From Amoebidium appalachense (Eukaryota; Protista; Ichthyosporea): 64,000 nucleotides of DNA. The DNA lies in assembly GCA_963693365.1 (NCBI GenBank), contig CAVNZM010000008.1, positions 1,426,001-1,490,000 of the forward strand, in the 5' to 3' direction. Positions 30,420 to 43,098 of this stretch are shown here, one piece after another. The notes under the pieces are model-generated. The model saw nothing but the letters and a program-made list of their open reading frames with translations, did no database searches and was not told the origin of the DNA. Position 1 is the stretch's first letter. Every line of letters begins with the position of its first letter. Made by a program: the position numbers and the translations under genes.

Positions 30420-31656
30420 ATGTGTGCATGCGCATGTGTGCACAAATGTCCGTGTGTGTGAGCGCGACGGGCACGGTTTGCATGTGTGTGCAAGTGTGCG
30501 TGTACCACAGGTGTGTACGTACCTGTGAATGTGTGGATGCCTGTGGTTATTAAGTTAGTGAATACTCTAACGTGCTTATATAAATATGTTCATACAATGC
30601 AAGACTGAAAACCACGGCACCCAAACTGCCACGTGCGACTGTGGCCTCAGCCGCCGTATAATTAACTATATAATCTGGCGAGTTTTCAAGGGTATGAGTT
30701 GGCACGTGATCGAGTCGCTTCGGAGGGAAAGTTTTGTCGGCCTTGAAAAATAGGAGCACATCAAAAGGAGCGCAGGCACCCAAACTTGGATTCTACGGTA
30801 GCTACTCTTCTGAATTAAGTTACGTGATAGCCGAATGAATGTCATGTGTGTTAGTGCAACGCAAATGGATGTCTGGTTACCACTGTGACATCAAGGAATG
30901 CATGCACAAGTACTGATTTGAACTACGAAAAGGACAGCCTCAGAAAGTGTACTGTTTTCTTTTTACGTCAAAATGCCGTCTGTGTCAAAAACCGAAATTC
31001 ACAAGCATGACCAAGAAGTAAGAGTAAGCGGTAACGTGTGCTAATATGTGTGGAAGTGTGGAAGAATACATGTGGGTGGGTGGGTGTGGTTGTTTGTGTG
31101 TGTGTGTAGGTTGGGAGACGGGGGGGGGGGGGGGGGGGGGGGGGATTTATAGAAAGAGTAACAGCCTACACCGTAGGAAGTACACATCCATAACGGGCAA
31201 TTGCAACTCATCACACATAAAGAGTATACCTCGTATATATGGGGGGGTGGGGTGGGAATTTGGCTTATTGTAGGAGGGGAAGGGGGAGGGGGGTGGGAGG
31301 GGGGGGAGGTGTTAGTATGGTTATGGTTGCCCATCGACTCAGGGCCTGACGTCTCTAGTTGGCCGTGTTGTGTAACGACTGGGGCACATATGCAAGGTGT
31401 AAGAGGCACCGTGGGAGACGGTGGGGAGGTGCACTGTGGCAAAGCCTTTGCTGCAGCCAGTTAGACTGTGTATGCGTGCACGTGAAGGTCTCAGAGGGTT
31501 ATTTTCTGTGTGTGTGTGTGTGTCACGTGTGTGTGTGTGTCACGTGTGTGTGTGTGCGTGTGTACGTGGGTGGTTAAGTGAAGGTACACGTCATAATTAG
31601 GCCGTGTAAGTCGTAACCGTGGTGTGTGCCCGACGTGTCCGCGCACGACACACGTG

Positions 31657-32288
31657 CATGCACTACATCCCGGGGCATATGTACACACATGGCAGTACCG
31701 GCCTCTAGATCTGCCACGAGGAGGAATAGTTCCTCCTCGCCTCCGACGCAGGAGGCACCTGGTTTGAATCCCGGGATGTAGCGCATTGGGGATCGGATGC
31801 CCTGATGGGACTCGCCTGGGTGCAGGACTATGGCAATGGCCTTCTAAGCTAACTCCAACCGGGGTAGTCAAGGATCGGATGCCTTGGCTATTCCGGAAAG
31901 TTTTTTCCTTCGTGTGATATTGCTTGGAAATGTTTATTTTGGCGCTGTAACCTTAGTTTCCATAAATGTTTGTGTCACTTTTGTGCAGAACCTTTATCTC
32001 GCAAACATCTAGATGAATGTATTTATTTATCTCAGATTCTTCCTTTAGAAATTCGAAGACTAGCTTATTTAGATAATCCTGATATTACTTCTATTTACTA
32101 TCTGTTAAACCACCGTATGTTTAACGAGTTTTCTAGGGTGTATGATTATTTGAGTCGTTATCTCCTCCGTGTCCGTGAGTAGGGGTCTTTGTATTTTCTT
32201 CTCTGAGATATCTGTGATATCTCCGGCTTGCTTCTCTTTGAAATTCATGAGCATATCAATAAAGTCATTATAAAAAAAAATAAAAAAA
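31657..32288 (+). mobile_element. Composite non-autonomous retroelement candidate (SINE or internally deleted LINE): structured head, LINE ORF2 C-terminal fragment, A-rich tail
   Basis: Multi-hairpin head 31657-31895. It is followed by a frame reading KCLFWRCNLSFHKCLCHFCAEPLSRKHLDEC...SIYYLLNHR (WR..CxxC..RxH...C knuckle resembling LINE ORF2 ends), a stop at 32182, AATAAA near 32259 and an A-rich run 32272-32288. Confidence 0.55.
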
Positions 32289-32433
32289 TTCTTTGTAGGT
32301 GGGGTTTTTTGTGTCAATAGACACAGAGCCGGGGACTGGACTTGATATAAAGTAGCTGCAATAGACCAGATTTTTGTGGTGTGTGGGCCTGTTTTTTTTG
32401 TTTTTTTTGTGGTTTGGTTGGTTGGTTGGTTGG

Positions 32434-32480
<47 letters not shown>

Positions 32481-32496
32481 CGGAAGATAAAAGGGG

Positions 32497-32528
<32 letters not shown>

Positions 32529-32624
32529 ACACACGCGCGCGCGCGGGGAGATAAAAGAGGAACAGGCAACACACACACACACACACACACACACATGCAC
32601 GCGCACGTGCCGCACACACATACA

Positions 32625-33167
32625 CCCATTCACCTCGTCAATGAAACCCAACTCAAGACTCATGCATGAAGTACGCATAAACAACGAACAGCACGATGCA
32701 GAGTGCAAAGCAACATAAAAGAGTAATGCATGATAAGCAGAGCCCATCCTCAAGAGGAGGCCCAGGTCATCCACAGTGCCCGAGTTTCGACCCATTCACA
32801 TCGTCAACGAAACCCAACACAGATACTGCTTCATGTGGGTCACCCGTCTTGATCAGATACGAGTAGGGTTACTTATCCGAGCAGGCAACAGGCAAGCAAT
32901 GGGAAACGTCGGGGACTAATGTTGCAGCAGTAAGCAATGGGAAACGTCGGGGACTAATGTTGCAGCAGTAAGCAATGGGAAACGTCGGGGACTAATGTTG
33001 CAGCAGTAAGCAACGGGAAACGTCGGGGACTAATGTTGCAGCAGTAAGCAGAAGGAAAAAAATATGGATAGAAACTCAGGAGACGGGGCTTCTAGGCTTC
33101 CCCGTCGATACCTAAGTCGATACTTCCCTGACTAACATACCACACCAGCTGAAAAGAATGAAGTCCC
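32625..33167. repeat. Dispersed repeat family A, copy 2, with an internal 38-bp x4 tandem expansion (32894-33050)
   Basis: Aligns with 50501-50913. The unit aagcaatgggaaacgtcggggactaatgttgcagcagt is repeated four times where the other copy has one; partial head-to-tail duplication at 32625 versus 32790. Confidence 0.85.
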
Positions 33168-33831
33168 AGGGGAAAAAAGTAGGAAAGAGGTTAAGAGAGA
33201 CCGCGTGTGCCTGGGAGAGAGGATGGTGAGTGATTAAGAAGAGATAGAGGGAATGACGGAGTGAAGGGGCGGGAGAGAGACAGAGAGAGATACAGGAGAG
33301 AGAGAGGGAGGGAGGGAGGGAGTGAGAGAGGGAGAATGGGGAGAGAAGAAGGGGAGAGAGAGAGAGAGAGAGTGTGTGTGTGTGTTTGAGTGTGTGTGCA
33401 TGCGCATGTATGCCATGTTGAGTGTGAAGAGAAAGAAGGAGGGAGGGGGGAGGGGGGGGGGGGGGAACGAGAGGGAGGTGAGAGAGAACGGAGGGAGGAA
33501 GGAGGGAGGGAGAGGACGGAGGGGAGGGGAGGGGGGTAGGGGGGCAGCCGAGGGGGGAAGGGGAAGGGCGTAAGAGAAGGGAGGATAAGAGGGAAAGAGA
33601 GAGACCGTGTGTTCATGTGAGAGCAGACGGTGCTGTTTGAAACGGGAGGGAGGGGGGGGAGTGTGTGTGTGATAGATAGATAGAGAGGGGGGGAGGGGGG
33701 AGGGGGGAGGGGGGAGGGGGAGGGGGGAGGGAGGGAGGAAGGGAGGGAGGGAGGGAGGGAAGGAAGAAGGGAGGGAGGGAGGGAGGGAGGGAGAGAGAGA
33801 GAGAGAGAGGGAGGGAGGGAGAGGGGGGGGG

Positions 33832-33864
<33 letters not shown>

Positions 33865-33880
33865 AGAGGGAGAGGGGGGG

Positions 33881-33990
<110 letters not shown>

Positions 33991-34363
33991 AAGCATAGCC
34001 TAAAAGCAAACCGAGTTCCACAACCTTTGCTCATGCATGGAGAGGGGATGGGAGGATGGGAAAGATGGGAATGGGGAAGAACCGTGTGTGTGCACGTGTG
34101 TGTGTGTGGTGGTGGTGGTGGTGGTGGTGGGGGGGGGGGGGGGGGGGGGGGGGGCAAGGGGGTTTCGTCGCCATAAAATGTTCATTCGACTCCGATTGGG
34201 CCATGATGTCATGGTTACAGAGCACACGCGCGTAGGTTACAAATGGAGTTGGAGGCTTAAGGGAATTTCTTGACCGATGTGAGTGGCTGCAAGATGCGAC
34301 CTAAAAAAAAAAAAAAGGAAAACCAAAAAAAAAGGGGGTGGGCGGCGGTGGGTGGGTGAGTGG

Positions 34364-34400
<37 letters not shown>

Positions 34401-34531
34401 GGGGGGGTAGAAAACAAAAGTCGAAAGTTGGGAAACTGGGACTACTTAAACGTGTGCAGTAGGTGTTGGGGTGTTGGGAATACCGAAGAAATAAAGGGGG
34501 GGGGGGGGGGGGGGGGGGGGGGGTGAGTTGT

Positions 34532-34575
<44 letters not shown>

Positions 34576-36257
34576 CTACCCTGAACCATAGTGTCAGAAT
34601 GAGAACCACCTTCGTACTGCTGAGACCGCGACTGACAATGCCAAATGAGGATGGTAACCGACTGGCATCGAGTTAGGAGGTCGAGCTAGGCTCAGTGGTT
34701 TGTAACGTGTGCTCTTGGTAAGGACACAACTCAGGGCCTTACTCGTCTGCTCTACTCCGTATGCTCGAGGTCACCTTCCAAAATTTGGGTAACTCTGGAT
34801 GGCTCCCAGCCACCAATTCGCAAAATTTCTACCATCCTAACACTATTAGCTGAGAATATTGAGCCCTGGAACGTTTCGCCTTAAGGGTAAGTTAGGGAGA
34901 AGACACACCTGTAGCAACGGTTCCGTGCAAAAAAACAAAACGTTGGCTTTGCAATGAGCGCTGCGCGCCAAACCTGCGGTAACAACTGCTCACTGCCCGC
35001 AGTGCACGATTGGCAGAATCGACTTGCGCAAGCATGACATCAGGGTCTCTGCCGCCCAGCGAGATAGCATTATAAAGGTCGGCTGATCTTTAACCACGGC
35101 TGACAAAGTGTCACGGTATGTACCTAACGACGGAGGAAAAGAATGTACTCATGCGCCGCAATGACCCTGCAATCCGAACGAATGCTAGGATTGGCTAAAA
35201 CCGCGATGCCGCCTTGGGAGAAACCAGTCGATGACGAAGACCCAATCAAAAATCCGGATTGCTCCAACTGATGATGATTATCTCGGCAAGAACAACAAAA
35301 GAATAGGTACGAACAGAGTCGAAAATGTATTGCAATTGCGGGGATTGTAAACCATGAACATTCCAAAACCAAAAAGAAAGAGGTTGAGGTTGTTGAGCCA
35401 TTTAATTTCCGACAGCGGCCTGCTGTGCGCCAATCCGATCCAACCACGCACGATAAAAACTGGGACGCAGTCACGTGGCGGGGGGATCCGTCCGCCCGCT
35501 CGAAAAAGGCCACCTGTTTCTACAACCGCCCGCGAAGCATCGGCTTTGCCGGCGTCCGAAATTTTTTTCTTTTGACTGGATTTATTCGACGGAAAGATAT
35601 GACAAGTATGCACGGCATACTGAGAAGACAATAAAAACTTCACGAGTTATCCAGTAACAAGTGCATACTAAGATACCTGAACACTGTGTGAAAATCATAT
35701 AAATACTCAATGTGACGACCAACAGAATTCAACAAAAAGTCTAAAGTGTTCACATTGCCAGCTAGTGTAGCAGATACCCGGAGGGAAAGAGGTAAAACGC
35801 GACATAAATTTGTTGGGGCTACCAAAACAGTAGGCACTGGCCGCCTAGAGCTCCACCAACCAGGCTATCCCGATTGATTAAAATGACATGTTTTGATATG
35901 AGTTTGACGTGTTTTGCCATGAAACTTTGTGGAATTTGGGTAGCTCCCCTGATCTCTTATCTTTGTGGGCAATTTGATTGGCAGATGCGTTACATAATTG
36001 CAAAGATCCCAGCTGTGACTAGTCTACCAAGTGCGACTCTATGCATTAGTCCGTCACTTTTGTCCCCTTATACGGAACGATTACGTAACCTTTTTATGCG
36101 TCATACGGTTTATGGACTAATGTTTCAGCCTCATGTTTTAGGCTTTTGTCCCGTGGCTTATTCAAAGTGCACGAAGTCTGTGAGTCAAGACCATACAAGA
36201 CCATGCCTAACCGTCTACGTATGTAAGGCTTATGTTAGAGTTTTGATGTTTGCATAA

Positions 36258-36505
36258 CGACCAAGTCGGGGTTTCTCGATTATGACGTAATTTTTTATCC
36301 ATGTCCGGACTTTCCTAAAACGAATAATACATATATGGCAATTACCAATTAGTGCGCTCAGTTTTTATCGGCTTCAGCTGCCCGTGAGCCACCATGTGCG
36401 TGATCCGGTGACGTTATTTTTAAATTCGTGACATCATCAATGACATCGCGTTCATAATAGATTACGTCATAACTACGTCATAATCGAGAAACCGCGACAG
36501 AGACC
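36258..36505 (-). mobile_element. MITE, copy 2 (inverted relative to 16442-16687)
   Basis: TIRs gtcggggtttctcgattatgacgtaa / tacgtcataatcgagaaaccgcgac; the internal sequence is the reverse complement of copy 1 (tatccatgtccggactttcctaaa, ctgcccgtgagccaccatgt). Confidence 0.85.
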
Positions 36506-36787
36506 AAAAGCACTTATACCTTAAAACTGTATAAGTGACGATGGTGTGAAGTGGTCTTTGGTTCTTCCTGCGATTTTTTAGGCACATTTCAAAGCTGGAG
36601 CTGTTTTGTGTGGGAAACAACAAGCAACCCCGTTTGCTGTTTGGGTTTTTCCTCGTGATTTGTCGTCTGCAAGTCTGTAAGCGCCACAATACGATAATTT
36701 CCAATCCTAACACACTGAGCAGCACATATCTTGCCTGCCTCTCACTCGTTTACGGTCCTTCTTTCTACGTCAACACTTAACGGGAGG

Positions 36788-37064
36788 ATGCGGATCTTGT
36801 CACCCCCCTTGACAAGGCACCTTGCAGAATCAAGCAGACCAGAAAAGAGGCTGTACGAGTCAATGCGGCCTTCTTTAGGCAGCTTTGGCAGCATGACATC
36901 CATGGAGGGCAATTTGGAACTCTGCAGGGGGGATCATCCACAGAGGAGGGGCGAGGAGCCAGTCAAGCACAGGAGGGTCAGGTTTGACGACTCTGTGTCT
37001 TTACACGAGACATTTCCGGGTAGCAGGTGTGTGCTCGACTCCTCCCCCCCCCTCCCCCCCCCCC

Positions 37065-37095
<31 letters not shown>

Positions 37096-37225
37096 CTTGC
37101 TCGCTTCTCGTTTTACTCTATCCCCCTTTTCCCCCGTGCGCATGTCACCAGATCCATACGTGTGCGCCCGTACCGCATGCACAGGCGCACGGGCACGCTC
37201 GTGGGCGCGCACGAACACAGACACG

Positions 37226-37277
<52 letters not shown>

Positions 37278-37467
37278 AAACACACACACCAGACACGTAT
37301 GCGCACACACAATCAAACACAAGGCTAGTCATGCGCACACATACAGGCATCCATTTTTCCTTGGTGTTGGTTTTTGGCTTGCAGCCTCCCTGACTCCTGC
37401 TTGTGTGTGTGTGCGCGCGCTTGCATACGTGTGTGTGGTCAAGCCGCGCGCATGCTTGCTTGTGTTT

Positions 37468-37504
<37 letters not shown>

Positions 37505-38740
37505 TTTGCCGTGGGTATGTGTGTGTGTGTGCGTGTGGCTGGTGCGTGTGTGTGTAGATGTGAGCGTGGTGTGTGCGAGTGTGATATATATGCGCGCGCG
37601 GTGTGTGTGTGTGTGTGTGTGGGTGTGTGTGTGGTGTGTGTGTGTGTCATATCTATGCGAGTGTGTGTGTTTGGCGTGGGTGTGTGTATATGTGAGTGTG
37701 TGTTTGTGTGTGCACATGTGTGTGTGTGTGCGCGCGCTTGCGTATGGTACTTGGTGTATTACGGTTTCCTTTAGATGTTTTCTTTCATTCACTTTGACTC
37801 ATCTTACCATTTCCCCCGCTTTTACTGTTCTTTTTTTTTTTGTTGTTGTTGTTTGTTTTGGTGGGGGGGAGGGGGGGGGGTTAGTTTCTTCTCTCGTTTT
37901 CCGTAAAATGGTTTTGTTTTGGTGTGTGTGTTTTTTTTTTTTTTTGGGGGGGGGGGGGGGGGGGGAGGGGGGGGGGGGGTGGAAAAGGAGGGAAAGAAGG
38001 GGCTTGGGGAGGAGGGTAGTTTCTTCTCTCTTTTTCCCTACATTTGTTGTTGCTTTTTGTGGGGGGAGGGGGGGGGGGGGGGGTAGTTGTTTTAAGCGTT
38101 TAGATCCCAAATTGTTAAAAGCTTGCACGTTATATTTGTCTTTCCTTACATTTTGCAGCTTCGCTTGCGCCAAGAAGTATGCAGGCACGAAACGCTGTGC
38201 ACGTACCCTCACTTATTTGCAGATACACTTATGCATGGCAAATACACACATGTAGTGGACACATATGCATTGCACATACATATATACATTGCACATACAT
38301 ATATACATTGCACATACATTTATACCTTGTGCATACACATACATGCGCTATGCACGGACCCACATCCTTTCAAAAACATACACGAAAACACAAAATGGTG
38401 CGCATATCCCCCCCCCCCCCCCTCCCCTCCAACAATGTTAATAGAAAAACCTTTCACATGCAGGAGTGTGCTCGATTTTTCACCCCGCGATGATGACTCC
38501 ATCGTATATGATCGCACCATCACCCACGATGAAGATATGACGGAGGAAGAAAAGAGGGAGGCCGACTTGGAGGTGGCAAGCCTACGGGTGGAATTGTTCC
38601 CAAATGGATATTTTTACGGAGATAGACGAAAATCTATGGACGAATTTTCAAAGCAAGCAGATAACAGGAATATTAAGAATATGCATTCTGTATCTAGCGT
38701 ATCGGCACCTATAGAGGCGTGGGGAGACGAGTTCTTGTGA
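36788..38740 (+). CDS. Small RVxF-type PP1-binding protein (Phactr/neurabin/Bni4 C-terminal-like module), 2 exons, about 171 aa
   Basis: Exons 36788-37026 and 38464-38740 join in phase (AG|G = Arg). KHRRVRFDDSVSLHETF...YDR...MTEEEKREADLEVASLRVEL follows the RVxF-phiphi-R-helix pattern. The start codon is uncertain. Confidence 0.65.
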
Positions 38741-38896
38741 TTGCCAGCCTGCGTCCCCAGCACAATATCACGCGATGCCTCCTTCCTTCTTCTTCTAATT
38801 TTTATATTTTTTAATTTCAAACGCAAGAAGTCTGCAGGCCCCGTGTTCTGACTCCCTTTGATTTGTAATGTCCATTTTCGTGTTTTTTTTTTTTTT

Positions 38897-38927
<31 letters not shown>

Positions 38928-39859
38928 GGGGGTCTTATGAACGATATAAAATACGTGTGTGTGGATGTGCAAGAGTCTTTGGATACCTACACGGTGTGGC
39001 GTAGCCGGCTCATGTGCACGAACGAGGGCGAGGGGGGGGGGGGGGGGGGGGGGGGGGGACACAATACGTATGATGTGTTCTAATCACTCTCCAAGGATCG
39101 GTTGTTTTGCGTGCGCCGAATCATTTGTGCAGAGTCCATTCTCATTTTTAGTTTGAGAATGGATTTTCTTTCGTATGCATTGTGTACTCGTAACGCTTAT
39201 AGAGTGGTTTTGAATGGCGAATTAATCCGAATCGTGCCGACTCCCTCAGTTATTTACCGTCGGAACTCATGGTATGGTATGTGTTAGAATTAGTGGGTAT
39301 ATACATCGAATCTTCATTTCATACGTAAGGAATATCCCTAATGGGTGTATGCATGCAGGGGATAGCTTGGATATGCATTTTAGTGAAGTGGATATACAGT
39401 AATATATGTATAGTAACACAAATGGCCTCTGTTAGAAAGCCAAATTTATCATTTATCTCCCTATAGCTGCCGTGACATGTATATCTACTGGGGCATGGGC
39501 ATCGCGATATATTATGGTGTTGACCAATCAGATCGGATATCTAAACTAGACATTATGACATCATCTTGTTGTATAAATGACCATTCAGTGAAATAAACTG
39601 AGCGAAAATGGGAAGACATGCGTATGCCACGCACGGATGATGTTCTTTTGTGGTGGCAGGGGCCGGGGGGGGTGGAGGAGGGGAGGGAGAGGGGGGGGGG
39701 CAAGGGAACACACACATGCACAAACGCATGAAAGCAAACGTACGCAACACATGCATGCGCACAGTCACCACACCCACAAAGATGCCACGTGTACGTATAC
39801 ACCGGGGCAAAATAAATTGGGCACAAGTCAACCGTTGCCGTACGGTATGGAATTTTATT

Positions 39860-41066
39860 TCTTGACCCACAACTGCTCGCTCTCTTTGCATCCTTCCTTG
39901 CCGCTGTGGCGGAGGGGCGGCGGGGGGGGGGGGGGGGGGGGGGGGGGTTGAAGGGGGGGGGGGGGGTTGAAGGGGGGGAACGTTGGGGAGGGGGGCGCAC
40001 GGTGGGTTTCCGAAGTTCCCCACAAACCCCTCGGGGGGTGCCGCCATAATGTTGTATGTGCCGAGACGTAATTTATGAAAGGTGTAGCGGCCATCTGATG
40101 CTGAAAGTGTGGTGGTCACAACCTGACCCCCACCATTGATCAACACCACTAGGGCCCTGGCTAGGCCCTCACCTGGTCCGGGAATACGATCGCCATTCTT
40201 ATCCGTAAACACGATTCCAGAAATAGCTCCCGTTGTGGGTTTTTTGGTGGTGGTGAGAGTGGACTTCGCGGGTGTTGGTGTCGTCGGTTGGGGAGAGGTG
40301 GTGGGTTCACCTTGCTCATTGGGAGGAGTAACGTCAATTTGCGGCGTCTGTACGGGTGTTGGGAAAGGGGTGGTGGGGGGTTGCGTCGAGACGGATTGTC
40401 GCCGAATCGACGCCGGGAGTGAAAACACAAACTGCAGGTCGGTAAATCTGTTGGGGGAAGTGTCTACCGTGACCTTACCATCGAGAGTTTCATCTGGGTC
40501 GGATAGAACAATAAGGTTCGGGAGTAATGGAGGGGGGGTTGCCTGGATGGTGTACGTTCCCGGTTTAAGGGATAGTGGAATTTGCCGTTTTCGTCGCACT
40601 TGACCTTGGTCACAAGCGCATATGATTGGCTGAAAATCATTATGACGGCATTAGGAAGGGGCGTGTTAATTGGGCCGTTGGACCATGAGACAGACCCCGA
40701 CGCATATCCTTCCAACTGCGTAAACCGAAAATCTACGTCTTTGACCTTCTGTCCCCTCTCCACTGATACCCGTTACGTTTCGACTTCGCCCTCTCTCACG
40801 ACCCTCTCGTTGGTTTCTCTGTTTGAAGAAAATATTCTCCTGGAGGCACGTCATCGAAGAGAAAACCCCCGTTCTCGTCTGACGTGACTTGGGATACCAC
40901 CTTCCCGCCCTTTTGCATTAACTGCATGGTGATTCCCCCCAAAACCTCGTCGGGGTCTGTTTAGTGATTTTCGTTCTTGTCCGCATACGTGTGGCCCGAT
41001 ATGGAGGCTGGGAGTATCTGCTCGCACTGCCCACCACTGCCGATTGCATAACCGCTTTTGCATTCC

Positions 41067-41100
<34 letters not shown>

Positions 41101-41517
41101 CGGAAGGGGTGGCCGGGGGGGGTGGGGGGGGGGGGGGGGGGGGGGTAGAATGTGTATAGACACGGTGCAAATTACAGGAGAGCAAATAGCGAGAGACACG
41201 TTAGGATACACGGTCCATAATGATGAATAGCTTGCAAACACTGGGAGAAAGGCTTTGTGCATGTGTGGTTCTGCCGCGTGAATGTAGACATAAGTGTGCT
41301 CCTGGTGTGTGCGTGTGTATTTCTACTGCGTGCATGTGCTCTGGGTTCTGTGTTCGTGTGTATTCTCAGCAAGTGTATAGGCCTAAATACTGTGCCAATG
41401 TGTACTGCTACTGTGGGGTGCGATTTTGTTTACGTTGGGTCTGTGTATGTGTATGTGTGTGCGTGTGTGTGCGTGTGCGTGTGTGTGTGTGCATGTGCGT
41501 GTGTGCGTGTGTTTGCA

Positions 41518-41598
<81 letters not shown>

Positions 41599-42930
41599 CT
41601 CTGTGTGTGTGGTGATGACTATATGTAGGATACAGCACACATACACAAACGAGAGGTGTATGCAAAAGCTACTACCATAGACACGAGCGACCAAGTACCA
41701 CAAATGTACTACATGAAATCGCATGAGTATAGGTATGTCTCCTCCTCCCCTCCCCTCCTGTACACTCCCCAATTCAGCGCCCTTCCCCCTCCCCCCACCT
41801 CCCCCCTGCCCCTCTCTCCCCACCTCCGTGGCCACAAATCAATATCAATTGAACCATGAAAACTGTCTGGTTTCAGAGATCCCAAGAGTCCCCTCCCCCC
41901 CCCCTCCCTCTCCCTTCCCCTCCCTCACTCACCACACTGGATGCCTCTTGATCTGTATTTGGGGGGCATGGGTTGCAGGTTGAGTGGTCAGAAGAGGGCA
42001 CAGTGCCATCCTCGCACCGTGTGCATGGCTGGCCGGGGGAGGGAGTGCATGCCCTCACTGCATGGTGTGCATGTGGGCCCACTGTATCTTGTGGGTGGGG
42101 TGCGGGGTTTACGTTAGGACGTGTTGTGCATGTGTCATTCAGTAGGAGTTAACACAAAAATTGTTATGCAGGTCTGACTACCGGGCTCCCAGCCAGCAGC
42201 CGGGGCATATGCAATATGACATAAACATCACAAGATCATGCCAAATAAGCACATGCTGATATGATATGGGGGGATCGGGGCAGCTACTATTCTCCGACGC
42301 TGTACATAAACCACATTCACACGCCATCTCAAGCACCCTAACTGTAACTATGTGGTTCCTAGATGTTTGTTTCTTCCTGGAAGGATTTAGGCCCCACAAC
42401 CCAACCACATCCGGACTCATATAGCATAGCCACGGCAAGTAGCTCACAGTCACACATATGATACATCTGACATGCTATCTCTCCACAATCAAGCAGTCAA
42501 AGCTCATGCCCAAACAAGCCAACCAACAGGCCCACACACACCACCACGTGCACCCACCTCCGTTCCAGCGGGACATGGTATACAACCCGTAGTCTGTGGG
42601 TTTGAGTACGTATGTGGGCTACAAGGCGCACATGCTCGTGCCTGAGGCACCAAGTAGGTACCCTGAGGATACCCCTGACATGGTGCCCCACCCCCGGGGG
42701 TAGACTGTCCAGCGGGACACGCCTGACAGCCCATACCCTCGCCTGACAGCCTAGACCAAATGTGTCTGGTGGGCAGGATGTACACCGGCCTGTATACGGA
42801 CTGCCTACTAGTTGGGTTCCCATCGGGCAACGCTGGCATGAAGCACCGGTTGATACCTCGTGTTTGCCTTGGCACACTTGTCGGCACCCACCCTCAATGA
42901 GCAATTGGCCATGCGAACATTGGGTGAGGA
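39860..42930 (-). pseudogene. Adhesin-like gene: Cys-rich (CxxCPxGT) repeats, SdrD-B/CnaB-like beta-sandwich domains and a Thr/Pro stalk; disrupted
   Basis: CQRCPMGT, CQACPAGQS, CIPCPAGT, CTRCEDGT repeats (42930-41935). VTSDENGVF, KCDENGKF/LKPGTYTI and GAISGIVFTDKNGDRIPGPGEGLARALVVLINGGGQVVTTTLSASDGRYTFHKLRLGTYNI (41070-40000). Several frameshifts (near 42740, 40860, 40575) and an in-frame TAA near 40773. Boundaries are approximate. Confidence 0.7.
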
Positions 42931-43054
42931 TTTGTGGGGGTGGTGGTGGTGGTGGTGGCGGAGGAGGAGGAGGAGGAGAAGGGGGCAGCGGCGGTGATGG
43001 TTTTGATTGAATTCAAGGCCGGGGAGGAACAAAGGAAAAAGCACTGTATGTGTT

Positions 43055-43098
<44 letters not shown>

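Noticed and set aside
31799-31870. Resemblance to the tRNA-Sec 5' half (GCCCTGATG...CTGGGTGCAGG) and to group I intron P7 (GACTA/TAGTC)
   Set aside because: No TCA anticodon arm or acceptor-stem partner, and no P/Q/S consensus for a group I core.
32780-32820. Hammerhead-like motifs (TTGACGA...CGAAAC and CTGAGGA, minus strand) in repeat family A
   Set aside because: Stems I and II cannot be formed around the core by eye in any of the three topologies.
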